From Chthonomonadaceae bacterium (GTDB lineage Bacteria > Armatimonadota > Chthonomonadetes > Chthonomonadales > Chthonomonadaceae), in assembly GCA_035650735.1 (NCBI GenBank), contig DASRGZ010000058.1, positions 1-34,116 on the forward strand: DNA of 34,116 bases. The letters run 5' to 3'. The notes beneath the pieces were generated by a model, which worked only from the letters and a program-made list of their open reading frames with translations, was not told the DNA's origin and ran no database searches. This document shows positions 25,611 through 34,116 of this stretch, in pieces. The translations under genes and the position numbers were made by a program. The number at the start of each line of letters is the position of its first letter. Within the stretch, counting starts at the first letter, position 1.

Positions 25611-25690
25611 AAGTTTAATCTCCCAGCGGGATTATACCAGAAAGCAGCACCTCCCACGGGCAGAGGATAGGACGCGCGAAGGCTGTATTG

Positions 25691-26461
25691 CTACTGCGCA
25701 GTCCAGCCGCCATCAATGAGCAGGGAGGTTCCGGTCACGAACGCAGAGGCAGGGGAGCAGAGGAAGACGATGGCCCCGCCCAACTCCTCCGGCTGGCCCC
25801 AGCGCCCGACCGGAATTTTGGCGAGAAACGCCTGGAACGTCGCCGGGTCGTTCATTAGAACGCGGTTCATCGGCGTCTCGAAGGGGCCGGGGCAGAGGCA
25901 GTTGACGGTGACGCCGTGCGGCCCGCCCTCCAGCGCCAGCGTGCGCGTCAGGCCCAGCAATCCCGCTTTGGCGGAGGCGTAGGGCGCGCGGCCCGGCAGG
26001 GAGATAAAGGAGAGCGTCGAGCCCAGCATGACGATGCGGCCCCACTTGCGCTCCATCATGGCGGGCATGAACGCCTGCGAGCAGAGGAACGAGCCCTTCA
26101 CGCTGATGTCCACGACGGCGTCCCAATCCTCCTCGGCCAGTTCGGACAGGGATTTGCGGATATTGATGCCGGCATTATTGACCAGGATATCGACTTTGCC
26201 GAGCGCCGCCTCGCAGTCCCGCTTTAACTGCGCGACCGAAGCGCGGTCGGTCACATCAGCCTCAAAGCCGACCGCACGCCGTCCTGTCGCCTCCGCGATC
26301 TCGCGGGCCGCCACCTCCGCCTCCTCGCCGTGCCGGCTGCAAAGGGCGATATCCGCGCCCGCCTCCGCCAGCGCCAGCGCCATCGCCCGACCCAGGCCCT
26401 TGCTGCCGCCGGTCACCAGAGCGGCCTTTCCATCCAGCCGAAAACTATCAAACACGCCCAT
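25691..26461 (-). CDS. Short-chain dehydrogenase/reductase (gluconate 5-dehydrogenase/KduD-like)
   Basis: [21 protein letters not shown]. Confidence 0.92.
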   Translation of the reverse strand: MGVFDSFRLDGKAALVTGGSKGLGRAMALALAEAGADIALCSRHGEEAEVAAREIAEATGRRAVGFEADVTDRASVAQLKRDCEAALGKVDILVNNAGINIRKSLSELAEEDWDAVVDISVKGSFLCSQAFMPAMMERKWGRIVMLGSTLSFISLPGRAPYASAKAGLLGLTRTLALEGGPHGVTVNCLCPGPFETPMNRVLMNDPATFQAFLAKIPVGRWGQPEELGGAIVFLCSPASAFVTGTSLLIDGGWTAQ

Positions 26462-26486
26462 TGCACGCCTCCTAAAGCCAAAAATC

Positions 26487-26717
26487 TCAACAGGATGAAC
26501 AGGATTTCTCAGGATTTACAGGATTAGGGCTAGAGAGACAGAAGCCTTCCCGTCCACTAAAACAAGAGGCATAGGGGCTTAGTAGTCCATCCAGGTAGAA
26601 CGTTGGCATCGCCTTGAGATAGACGGAATGCTAGGCTTATCTCATTACCCATACAAACTTTCTACCTTGAAGGAGTATTAGTTGGTTGGGTTTTAGAAAT
26701 CCTGTTCATCCTGTTGA
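26487..26717. repeat. CAGGAT-type inverted/tandem repeat element
   Basis: Perfect 23-bp inverted repeat TCAACAGGATGAACAGGATTTCT (26487-26509 and 26695-26717) with extra CAGGATT units on the left. Confidence 0.8.
26582..26678. mobile_element. ~97-bp MITE-like element family D, TA-flanked
   Basis: Imperfect inverted repeats GTAGTCCATCCAGGTAGAACGTTGG versus reverse complement ATACTCCTTCAAGGTAGAAAGTTTG; TA at 26580-26581 and 26679-26680. Confidence 0.55.
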
Positions 26718-26726
26718 AAGGGTTTT

Positions 26727-28679
26727 CTAGCGCAGTGCGATCTGGTCGGCGCTGTCGTCGTGCCCGGCAGCCCTGTCGGTCGGGACAAGATGCACGACGG
26801 TCGGCAGGCCGACGATGCCAAAGGTCTTGAGGAACGGCTTGACCTTCTCGCTGTCAAAATCCTCCAACTGGAGGCGCAGGGCAACGAAATTGCCGGTCGC
26901 CTTTGCCACCTCGGGATCCTGGAACGTTTTCTCGTCCAGCTCCTTGCAGGCGCGGCACCAGGTCGCCCAGAAATCGATCAGGACCTCCTTGTTCTGCGTC
27001 CGGGCCTGCTGAAGACGCGCTTGCAGAGCATCGAAGTCCGTCGTCAGCGTCTCAAAAGCGATGACGCGGCGCTCGCCGCCGGGCGCTGCGTTCGCGGCCT
27101 CCTGCCGGGGAAGGAAGGTCCACAGACCGAGCAGGATGGCGACCGCGCCCACCACACGCTTGAAGATCTGGAACCGAACGGCAGACCGCCCGGCCTTGTC
27201 CAGAAAAATCAGGTAGAGGCCGGAGCCGATGGCGAAGAGCGTGAAGAGAATGCGATAGGCCGTGGGGCCGAGCAAGTCCCGCAGGTAGTAGAGGCCCATG
27301 CCAAACAGGAGCAGGCCGAAGATGTGCTTGACGGCGACCATCCACTCGCCCGCGCGGGGCAGCGCCCGGATGAGCCCGAAGCCAAGCAGCAGGTAGGGAG
27401 TCGCCAGCCCGATGCCGAGCGTGAAGAAGGTCGCCAGGCCGAGCGCGACGTTGCGCGTGGTGCTGACGACCTGGATCAGAGCGACGACGATAGGGCCGAT
27501 GCAGGGCGCCGCCACAATGCCGACCATCAGGCCCATCAGCAGCGCGCCCGCATAGCCGGCGCGGGAGCGCGCCTGGCTGGTCAGGCTGGAAGGCAGCTGA
27601 AGCTCCCAGATCGGGCGCCCGTCCGGGCGGTCGAACATGGAGAGTCCTAATGCGAACATCAGCACGGCAAAGCCCACCAGTACCCACGGATTGTTCAACC
27701 ATGAGCCGAAAACTTTACCAGCCAGCGCCGCGAAGATGCCCAGCGCCGAGTACATCAGCGCCATGCCCAGCGCATAGCTGACCGAGAGCCCGCCGGTTTT
27801 GGCGCCGCTGGCCGCCTGCCGACCGAAATAGCCGATAGTGATGGGAATGAGAGGATAGACGCAGGGAGTGAGATTGAGGGCCAGGCCGAGCAGGTAGATA
27901 ATGGTAAGCGCCGCGCCGAAGTTTTTCACGCCGCCCTGCCGAAGCAGATTCGTTACCACGTCGGCTTTGCCCGCCTGCGAGCCGCCTTTTTGCAGCCAGG
28001 CGATGAAGGGCTTGGGCTCCATGAACTGGGTGATTTTGCTGCCCCGAAAGCCAGGAACCGAGACAGACTGCGCGTCTGTCCCGGTTCCACTGGCGCCTGC
28101 CGGCTGCCTGTCCTGCGCTAAGATCAGCGTCCCGGCGCTAGCGTCCGCCCTTTTTTTTTGTGCGGAGGCAGATCGAGAAGCGCCCACGACCACAGTGGCC
28201 TGCGTGGTGATTTTCGACGGGGGGTAGCAGGTCTTGTCGTTGCAGCCCTGGTACCGGACGGTGACGGGCAGCGTGACCTTGCCCGGCTTGAGGCCCTTGT
28301 TCGGCATCACCGCCGCCTTGATCTGTACCGTGCCTTCGTAGACGGGCAGCCTCTCCCCTAAGAACTGAATCTGCATGGGCTTCGGATAGACGACCTTGCC
28401 GATCTTGAATCCGCTCACCGGGCCGATGTCCACCACCGTGGCGATGTAGTTCTGCTTGGGAGGATTGGCTTGGATGTGGTAGGGCTTATCTACCGTCACG
28501 GTCACGACCACCGTGAACGGCTTACCGGGCGCGACCGTTTTGGGCGCAGTGGCCGACGCTTTGATAAACTTTGGCGCGCCAAATTGGGCTTGCGCCGTTC
28601 CTGCTCCCAGGCCCATCAGGCTCAGCGCCGCGAGGAGGACAGCCGCCGTAAGGCTCCATCCTGTACGCTTCATCTTCAC
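26727..28679 (-). CDS. dsbD: Thiol:disulfide interchange protein DsbD
   Basis: Signal peptide; N-domain GCNDKTCYPP; TM domain TPCVYP/APCIGP; thioredoxin domain WATWCRAC. Confidence 0.9.
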   Translation of the reverse strand: MKMKRTGWSLTAAVLLAALSLMGLGAGTAQAQFGAPKFIKASATAPKTVAPGKPFTVVVTVTVDKPYHIQANPPKQNYIATVVDIGPVSGFKIGKVVYPKPMQIQFLGERLPVYEGTVQIKAAVMPNKGLKPGKVTLPVTVRYQGCNDKTCYPPSKITTQATVVVGASRSASAQKKRADASAGTLILAQDRQPAGASGTGTDAQSVSVPGFRGSKITQFMEPKPFIAWLQKGGSQAGKADVVTNLLRQGGVKNFGAALTIIYLLGLALNLTPCVYPLIPITIGYFGRQAASGAKTGGLSVSYALGMALMYSALGIFAALAGKVFGSWLNNPWVLVGFAVLMFALGLSMFDRPDGRPIWELQLPSSLTSQARSRAGYAGALLMGLMVGIVAAPCIGPIVVALIQVVSTTRNVALGLATFFTLGIGLATPYLLLGFGLIRALPRAGEWMVAVKHIFGLLLFGMGLYYLRDLLGPTAYRILFTLFAIGSGLYLIFLDKAGRSAVRFQIFKRVVGAVAILLGLWTFLPRQEAANAAPGGERRVIAFETLTTDFDALQARLQQARTQNKEVLIDFWATWCRACKELDEKTFQDPEVAKATGNFVALRLQLEDFDSEKVKPFLKTFGIVGLPTVVHLVPTDRAAGHDDSADQIALR

Positions 28680-28965
28680 AGTGCTCCTTTGTCTGCCTTG
28701 CGCCCGGCGCACCCTGTTTTGCCAGGCGTGCCGGGCGTTCCCTCAACACTCGGCTTACAAGGTTCGCGCACGCCGGGCCAGACTCCTGCCTTGCCGTACG
28801 GCGCGTCCTTTTTGGATACGCCTCCCCGCCTGCCTGCGGTTCCTGGCGCGGCGGCATTTTGGGTACTGGCCGGGGATGGGCGACGGGCGCAAAAAAACGC
28901 CGGCCTGGCGGCAGGAATGGACGTGCGCGCGGGAAGGAGGCGGCAAAGCGGTGGCGCAGGCGTGC

Positions 28966-29622
28966 CTACTCGGCGGCAGCGTGCGCGGCAGGCGGCTGTG
29001 TAATTTTCACCGGCTGGATAAAGCCGTAGATGAACCAAATTAACCCGGCAACGCCGATCAGCAGGCTGATGTACCAGACGGGCTTACGTCGGGTCAGCGC
29101 GGCGACGGCAGATAGCGCGATGGCGACCTGGGTGAAGGTGACGCAGTAAGCGAAGATGTGATGGTGGTCCATCAGCGCCTTCGCCTTCTCATTTTCGGCG
29201 TTTCGCTCGGCTTCTAATTCCCGCGCCTTCTGCTGGGGCTCGGTCTGTTCCTCCTTATACCGATCCGCCTCTTTCTTCCATTTGGCAATGGCGGGCGCGG
29301 GCGCGTGGATGGCTTCCAGCATGGCTGCCGTCTGCCTGGCGCCGTTGCCCTTGATGCCTTTGGCCTGGTAGTAGGCCCACTGGTCGGAGGCTTGCGCCTG
29401 ATGGAGCACGGCGTCGTTCTTCTCGTTCAGGGCCTCATTGACGAGCGTGCCCGATTGCAGCGCGGCGACGGCGGCGATAACGGCCAGCAGGGCCGTGCTG
29501 AGAGAGATCCAGCGCGTCCAGGCCGTCTCTCGGGCTTCCCGAGCGCGCTCCTCCCGCTCCTCGCGCATCTCGTCAATGGTCTCTTGCAAGTCTTTCGTCT
29601 CAATCTCGATCTCTTCGGGCAT
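28966..29622 (-). CDS. DUF4337-family membrane protein
   Basis: TA.LAV.AA, ASDQWAYYQAK, QVAIALSAVA pattern; ATG 29622 with GGAG RBS. Confidence 0.8.
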   Translation of the reverse strand: MPEEIEIETKDLQETIDEMREEREERAREARETAWTRWISLSTALLAVIAAVAALQSGTLVNEALNEKNDAVLHQAQASDQWAYYQAKGIKGNGARQTAAMLEAIHAPAPAIAKWKKEADRYKEEQTEPQQKARELEAERNAENEKAKALMDHHHIFAYCVTFTQVAIALSAVAALTRRKPVWYISLLIGVAGLIWFIYGFIQPVKITQPPAAHAAAE

Positions 29623-29747
29623 CTCCTCTCCCTCCAACGAAGACCCGCCGGACGCGCCCTGGCGTGGGCGCGGCGCGGCGGGTCGTGGGCGTCAGAAGTG
29701 GCCTGGCCTGGTTTTCATCCCCATGAGGGGCCATCGCCGTTTGCTAC

Positions 29748-29776
29748 TTGACAAAGCCCTCCTGACCGCTTATAAT
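29748..29776 (+). promoter_or_regulatory. Perfect consensus sigma70 promoter for the Crp/Fnr gene
   Basis: TTGACA (29748-29753)-N17-TATAAT (29771-29776). Confidence 0.8.
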
Positions 29777-29929
29777 CATTGCAAGCTTACGCGCCTTGAT
29801 CGGGCGCTCCGTTCTCTGCGCTGCCTCGCGCGCAGCACCCCGAAATTGCTGTTCAACGGTTTTCCTTGTCGCTGGATATGCCTCTTTTGAAGATAGTCCA
29901 CCCCGGATCCCTTGAGGTCCAAGAAAGCG

Positions 29930-30628
29930 ATGAATCCGATGCCCCTGGATATCAAACAGCTCGCCAACATTGCCCTCTTTGAGAAATTCACCGATGCGCA
30001 GTTGGAGTACGTGGCCGCCCACGCCCGTCAGCGCACCTATCGGGCCGATGAGGCCATCGTTCACCAACTGGATCCGGGCGATAACTTCTATGTCATCCTG
30101 CACGGCACGGTCAAGATTTCGGCCACGCTGCCGGATGGCAACGAGGTCTTTCTGGCGCTGCTGGCGTCCGGCGACACGTTCGGCGAGTTGAGCCTGATCG
30201 ACTCGGGGTACCGCTCCGCCGACGTGATAACCCAGGAGCCTACCACCCTGCTTTCCATTGACCGCTCCACCTTTGACGAGATGCTGGCGACCATTCCGGC
30301 CTTCACCCGCAACCTGCTGCGCCTGCTGGCGCGCCGCTTGCGCCTAGCGAACGTGCGTATCCTGGCGCAATCCACCTTTGATGTCTACGGGCGTGTGGCC
30401 CACCAGCTCATTGAGTTCAGCGATCTCTACGGCCAGCCCCAGCCCAACGGCGACATCCTGATCCCGATACGACTGACGCAGGGCGATATCTCCCAGCTGG
30501 TCGGGGCCTCGCGCGAGCGGGTCAACCAGGTCATGGTCGCCTACCGACAGCGGGGCCTGCTTTCGGTGGATCCCAGTTACCGCATCACCATTCACAAGAG
30601 AGCGGACCTGGAGAAGCGAATGCAATAA
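29930..30628 (+). CDS. Crp/Fnr-family transcriptional regulator
   Basis: cNMP-binding domain FGELSL..RSA; HTH LTQGDISQLVGASRERVN. Confidence 0.93.
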   Translation: MNPMPLDIKQLANIALFEKFTDAQLEYVAAHARQRTYRADEAIVHQLDPGDNFYVILHGTVKISATLPDGNEVFLALLASGDTFGELSLIDSGYRSADVITQEPTTLLSIDRSTFDEMLATIPAFTRNLLRLLARRLRLANVRILAQSTFDVYGRVAHQLIEFSDLYGQPQPNGDILIPIRLTQGDISQLVGASRERVNQVMVAYRQRGLLSVDPSYRITIHKRADLEKRMQ

Positions 30629-30654
30629 ATGCCGGGAAACGGTAATTGCTGGCA

Positions 30655-30963
30655 GCCCACCCCTAAAGGAGTGGACTGCGACGGCAAGCCCCATAAATGG
30701 GGCTACGAGGGGTGGTTAGTCTCCTTCCGGGGCTGCCAGAAGGAAGGTTAGCCCTCTAATGAACCTTGACAAATAAATCCGGTAATCGCAGGGCGGCTAG
30801 GTCCTTAGGTGTATGGCCCTACGAACCAGGGATTACCCGATGAAAAGGTCAAGGTTCATTATGGGGCTGCCAGAGGTGGGGCAGTCTCCTTCAGAGGCTA
30901 TAAGAAGGGAGAGCCCCCTTCCGGGGGCTTGCCGCCCACAGCCCGGTCCTTTAGGGTCGGGCA
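30655..30963. repeat. REP cluster: two inverted family-2 copies bracketing degenerate short AGCCCC..GGGGCT hairpins
   Basis: 30655-30705 (+) and 30912-30963 (-) resemble 11994-12045; AGTCTCCTTC and GGGGCTGCCAGA each occur twice between them. Confidence 0.75.
30759..30859. mobile_element. 101-bp MITE family C, TA-flanked (IS630-like)
   Basis: TA-ATGAACCTTGAC...GTCAAGGTTCAT-TA perfect ends plus inner ATC(C/G)GGTAATC inverted match; excision restores the AGCCC-tctatg-GGGCT hairpin. Confidence 0.75.
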
Positions 30964-30975
30964 TCTTTTCCATCC

Positions 30976-32436
30976 TTATTCGCCTCTCTCCAGCGGCAGC
31001 TTCATCCAGAAGCGTGAGCCGTGCCCTATTTCGCTCTCCACGCCGACCTGGCCGCCGTGCGCGTCCGCCACGCTCTTGACGAAGCGGGTGCCGATGCCCG
31101 TGCCGCCCGGTGTGGTGCTGATAGTCTGATCGGTGAACAGCGAGCTCTTCACGCGCGGGGGAATGCCGGGGCCGTCGTCCTGCACTTCAATCAGGCAGTA
31201 ATTGCCTGCCGGGAAGGCGCCTCCGGTCACGGCGGAGGCGCGCACCCAGATGTTGAAGCCCTCCGGGCGATAAGGCAGCACCTTCTTCTTGACCGCGTCG
31301 TTGATGGCCCCGAGCGCGTTGTTGACCAGGTTGAAAATCGCGCGCCCCAGCAGCCGTCGGTCAAAGGCGAACGGCGGCACCGTCTCCATCCCCTCCAGAT
31401 GCAGGGTCACGCGCCGGTTGCGCGCCACCACGTTCAGACGCCGCAGTCGCTCCTCGATAACCTCCTTGAGATTGCCGGCCTCGATATTGGTCGCCTGCGC
31501 CCCTTTGATGTAATCGGCGATCTCGCTAACCATCTCCCGAATATCGGCGCAGCCATCCTTGACCGCGGTTTCCATCTCCGGATACCATTCCCGCAGGGCG
31601 TCGGTCGCCTGCTGGAGCGTGATAGCCAAGTCGGGGTTGGTCTGCTGCCACTCGGCCAGCAGTTGGTCCAGCTCCGTATACATCGGGGCAATAAAGGAGC
31701 CGATGGTGGTATCTACCATCGTTTCGATGGGCGTCAGGGCGTTCTTGATGTCGTGGCCGAGGTCGCCGACGGCGCGGGCAACGGCGGCCAGTTGCGCCTC
31801 TTCGGCCAAGCGGGCGTTGACGATGGAGGTGGCGGCCAGGCTGCTGACGATCTCCATGAGCTCCAGGTCATCCTGATCGAACTGTCCCGCGCGCTTGTTG
31901 AGCGCCTGCATCACGCCGATGGGCTCGCCGCCCAGGTTCTTGAGCGGCACGGTCAGGATCTTATCGGTATGGTATCCGGTCCGGTCGTCCACGCTCTTGT
32001 TATAGGTCTGGGTGCGTGTATCCGTGATGAGCGATTGGCCGGTGCGATACACCATCGCCGCCTTGGCGTTGGGGTCTTCCGGGTCCAGCTCATAGCCGAT
32101 CAGCGAGGCCGCGCCCCGGTAGACGTGCCGACAGACCAGCTTACGCTTCTCGTCGTCGTAGAGCCAGATCGAGCCAGCGTCGGCGTCCACCGTTTCCAGA
32201 AAGACGCGCAGGGTTTCTCGCAAGAGCGAGTCCAGGCTCGTCTTCGAGAACAGGGCGGCGCTGATCCGATGGACGGCCTCGATCTGCCGGTCTCGCATGG
32301 AGAGACACTGGTTCAGGTGGTGAATATCCTCAATCATAGTTTCTATGTCCGTGGTATCGGGTTGCCCCTCCAGCGGAAGCTTGGCGCGGGCAGCCGCGCA
32401 GATTTCCGCGCGGCGTTGATGCGAGGTAGCGGTCAT
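30976..32436 (-). CDS. Cytoplasmic GAF-domain sensor histidine kinase (paralog of 505-1770)
   Basis: GAF ..QALNKRAGQFDQDDLE, HDIKN, NLVNNA, DDGPG, GTGIG; ATG 32436 with AAGGAG RBS. Confidence 0.9.
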   Translation of the reverse strand: MTATSHQRRAEICAAARAKLPLEGQPDTTDIETMIEDIHHLNQCLSMRDRQIEAVHRISAALFSKTSLDSLLRETLRVFLETVDADAGSIWLYDDEKRKLVCRHVYRGAASLIGYELDPEDPNAKAAMVYRTGQSLITDTRTQTYNKSVDDRTGYHTDKILTVPLKNLGGEPIGVMQALNKRAGQFDQDDLELMEIVSSLAATSIVNARLAEEAQLAAVARAVGDLGHDIKNALTPIETMVDTTIGSFIAPMYTELDQLLAEWQQTNPDLAITLQQATDALREWYPEMETAVKDGCADIREMVSEIADYIKGAQATNIEAGNLKEVIEERLRRLNVVARNRRVTLHLEGMETVPPFAFDRRLLGRAIFNLVNNALGAINDAVKKKVLPYRPEGFNIWVRASAVTGGAFPAGNYCLIEVQDDGPGIPPRVKSSLFTDQTISTTPGGTGIGTRFVKSVADAHGGQVGVESEIGHGSRFWMKLPLERGE

Positions 32437-32595
32437 GGCAGCGTGTCTCCTTCCCATTCCAGGCGCACAAGCGGCGCCTGCGTGGCGGAAGGCAGGGAAA
32501 AGCCCCGCCAGACCTAGTATAACACCGGCTTTTGTTCCCACGCTGTGAAGAAATGCACACCGCGCCCGTGAGCTTTTCCGGGTTTCTATTCTCCT

Positions 32596-33942
32596 CTAAT
32601 CGAGCGCAGCGAGGAGAAGTGGGGGCACCGGCACCGTTCCTTCCAGGAGAATAGTATAGGCGGCGCGCAATTGGGCGGCAAAGGCTTCGGCGCTTTCGGC
32701 GGCGCGCAGGTGCAGAACCGCCAATTCCTCACCCGGCGCTGCCAGATCCCCGACCTTGCGCCGCAGTACGATGCCCACCGCCGGATCGATGGTATCGCCT
32801 TTGACGGCGCGGCCCGCTCCCATCGCCATTGCCAGCCGCCCGACCGCCTCCGCATCCAGACCGGCCACAACGCCGCCGGCCTCCGAGCGCACGGCAAAGC
32901 GTATCGGCGCGACCGGCAACGCCGCCGCAATCGCCTCCAGCCCGCCCGAGGGCCCGCCCTGCGCGGCCACGATCTCGGCAAACTTCTCCGCCGCCGCGCC
33001 GGAGTCGAGCGTGCGTTCGGCCAGCGCGCGCCCCTCCTCCTGATTGGACGCCTTTCCGACCGCCGCCAGCCCATGCGCCGCCAACCCCACGCAGAGCGAC
33101 CGAAACCGGGCGGTAGCGGGCGCCAGGGGGCTCCCTTTCCCGCGCGCCGTCGCGGGCCGCAGCGCCTCCAGGGCTTCCGCTACCTCCAGGGCGTTGCCGA
33201 CGCACGCCCCCAGGGGCTCGTCCATCGCCGTCAGCAGGGCCGAAGTCGGCACGCCCGCGCCATTGCCAATCGCGATCAGCGTCCGGGCCAGCTCCTCGGC
33301 CTGCGCCCGTGTCTTCATGAAGGCGCCGCGCCCGACCTTGACGTCCAGCAGGATTCGGCTTGCGCCTGCCGCCAGCTTCTTGCTCATAATGCTGCTGGCG
33401 ATCAGAGGAACGCTCTCGATAGTGGCCGTGACGTCGCGCAGGGCATAAAGAATCTTATCGGCGGGCGCTAGCTCGTCCGATTGGGCGATGAGCGCGGCCC
33501 CGATGCGGTGCACCTGCGCCTTCGCCTCGGCAATCGTCAGGTAGGTGCGGAAGCCGGGAATGGATTCGAGCTTATCCACCGTGCCGCCGGAAAAGCCCAG
33601 CCCGCGCCCGCTCATCTTCAGTATCGGCACGCCCGCCGCCGCCAGGATCGGCACGACGACCAGCGTGGTCTTATCGCCAACCCCTCCCGTGCTGTGCTTA
33701 TCCAGAGCCGGGCCGTTGGGCAGGTCGGAGAGGTCCACGCGCAGGCCGGAATCGCGCATGGCCAGGGTCAGGTCCAGCGTTTCTCGGGCGCTCATGCCGC
33801 GCAGATAGACGGCCATCAGCCAGGCGCTCGCCTGGTAGTCCGGGATGATCCCGTCCGTGATGCCGCGCACAAAGAAGGCGATCTCTTCCGCTGTCAGTTC
33901 CTTGCCGTCCCGCTTTGCGGCCAGGATGTCGTAGACGTTCAT
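32596..33942 (-). CDS. pdp: Pyrimidine-nucleoside/thymidine phosphorylase
   Basis: DKHSTGGVGDK, MSGRGLG..GGT.DKLE, LYALRDVTAT, SIMSKK, LDVKVG.GAFM. Confidence 0.95.
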   Translation of the reverse strand: MNVYDILAAKRDGKELTAEEIAFFVRGITDGIIPDYQASAWLMAVYLRGMSARETLDLTLAMRDSGLRVDLSDLPNGPALDKHSTGGVGDKTTLVVVPILAAAGVPILKMSGRGLGFSGGTVDKLESIPGFRTYLTIAEAKAQVHRIGAALIAQSDELAPADKILYALRDVTATIESVPLIASSIMSKKLAAGASRILLDVKVGRGAFMKTRAQAEELARTLIAIGNGAGVPTSALLTAMDEPLGACVGNALEVAEALEALRPATARGKGSPLAPATARFRSLCVGLAAHGLAAVGKASNQEEGRALAERTLDSGAAAEKFAEIVAAQGGPSGGLEAIAAALPVAPIRFAVRSEAGGVVAGLDAEAVGRLAMAMGAGRAVKGDTIDPAVGIVLRRKVGDLAAPGEELAVLHLRAAESAEAFAAQLRAAYTILLEGTVPVPPLLLAALD

Positions 33943-33958
33943 AGATAGACCAGCTTGC

Positions 33959-34114
33959 ACCTAACCCCCTATAGTGGCAGGCTAAACCCTGCCGCTGTGG
34001 GGCTCTGCTAGGGTCGGAACTGCGCACGCTCGACTGCCAGGGACGCCGCTCAACGGTTCGCGGCTCTGCCTGGCGATCTCCGCCTAGCCAGGCCCGCTGC
34101 CCACCTACGTGGGC
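33959..34114 (+). repeat. Dispersed structured intergenic element, copy 2, carrying an extra hairpin
   Basis: Homologous to the reverse complement of 4900-5013, with a ~45-nt insert at 34033-34077. Confidence 0.85.
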
Positions 34115-34116
34115 AG

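Noticed and set aside
31021..32517. Long antisense ORFs (also 1992-2987, 2672-3760, 20606-21772, 26760-27650)
   Set aside because: Shadow frames of well-supported genes in high-GC DNA, with no recognisable motifs.

Overview
A GC-rich bacterial chromosomal window, probably Armatimonadota (inferred from two '[24 protein letters not shown]' prepilin-like/DUF1559-type genes). It holds about 27 genes: two orphan GAF histidine kinases, aroF-tyrA, a cysteine hydrolase, a GHMP kinase, two GNATs, a C-N hydrolase, a PHP phosphatase, an ECF sigma/anti-sigma pair, a vWA protein, PhyH, a glycoside hydrolase with an inserted CBM, an SDR, DsbD, DUF4337, a Crp/Fnr regulator and pyrimidine-nucleoside phosphorylase. 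The most notable region is a ~5.5 kb mosaic island (~20060-25560) that appears to split a UPF0175/DUF3368 gene pair. It carries a probable operon: prepilin-like gene, small membrane protein, OmpR regulator, serine DD-carboxypeptidase and an in-frame VanZ::histidine kinase fusion, a candidate cell-wall-stress or glycopeptide-sensing module with no vanHAX. Intergenic regions contain four distinct MITE-like element families with target-site duplications, several REP-like families, a dispersed structured element and a CRISPR-like repeat-spacer-repeat unit. All family assignments come from motif recognition; no database searches were run.
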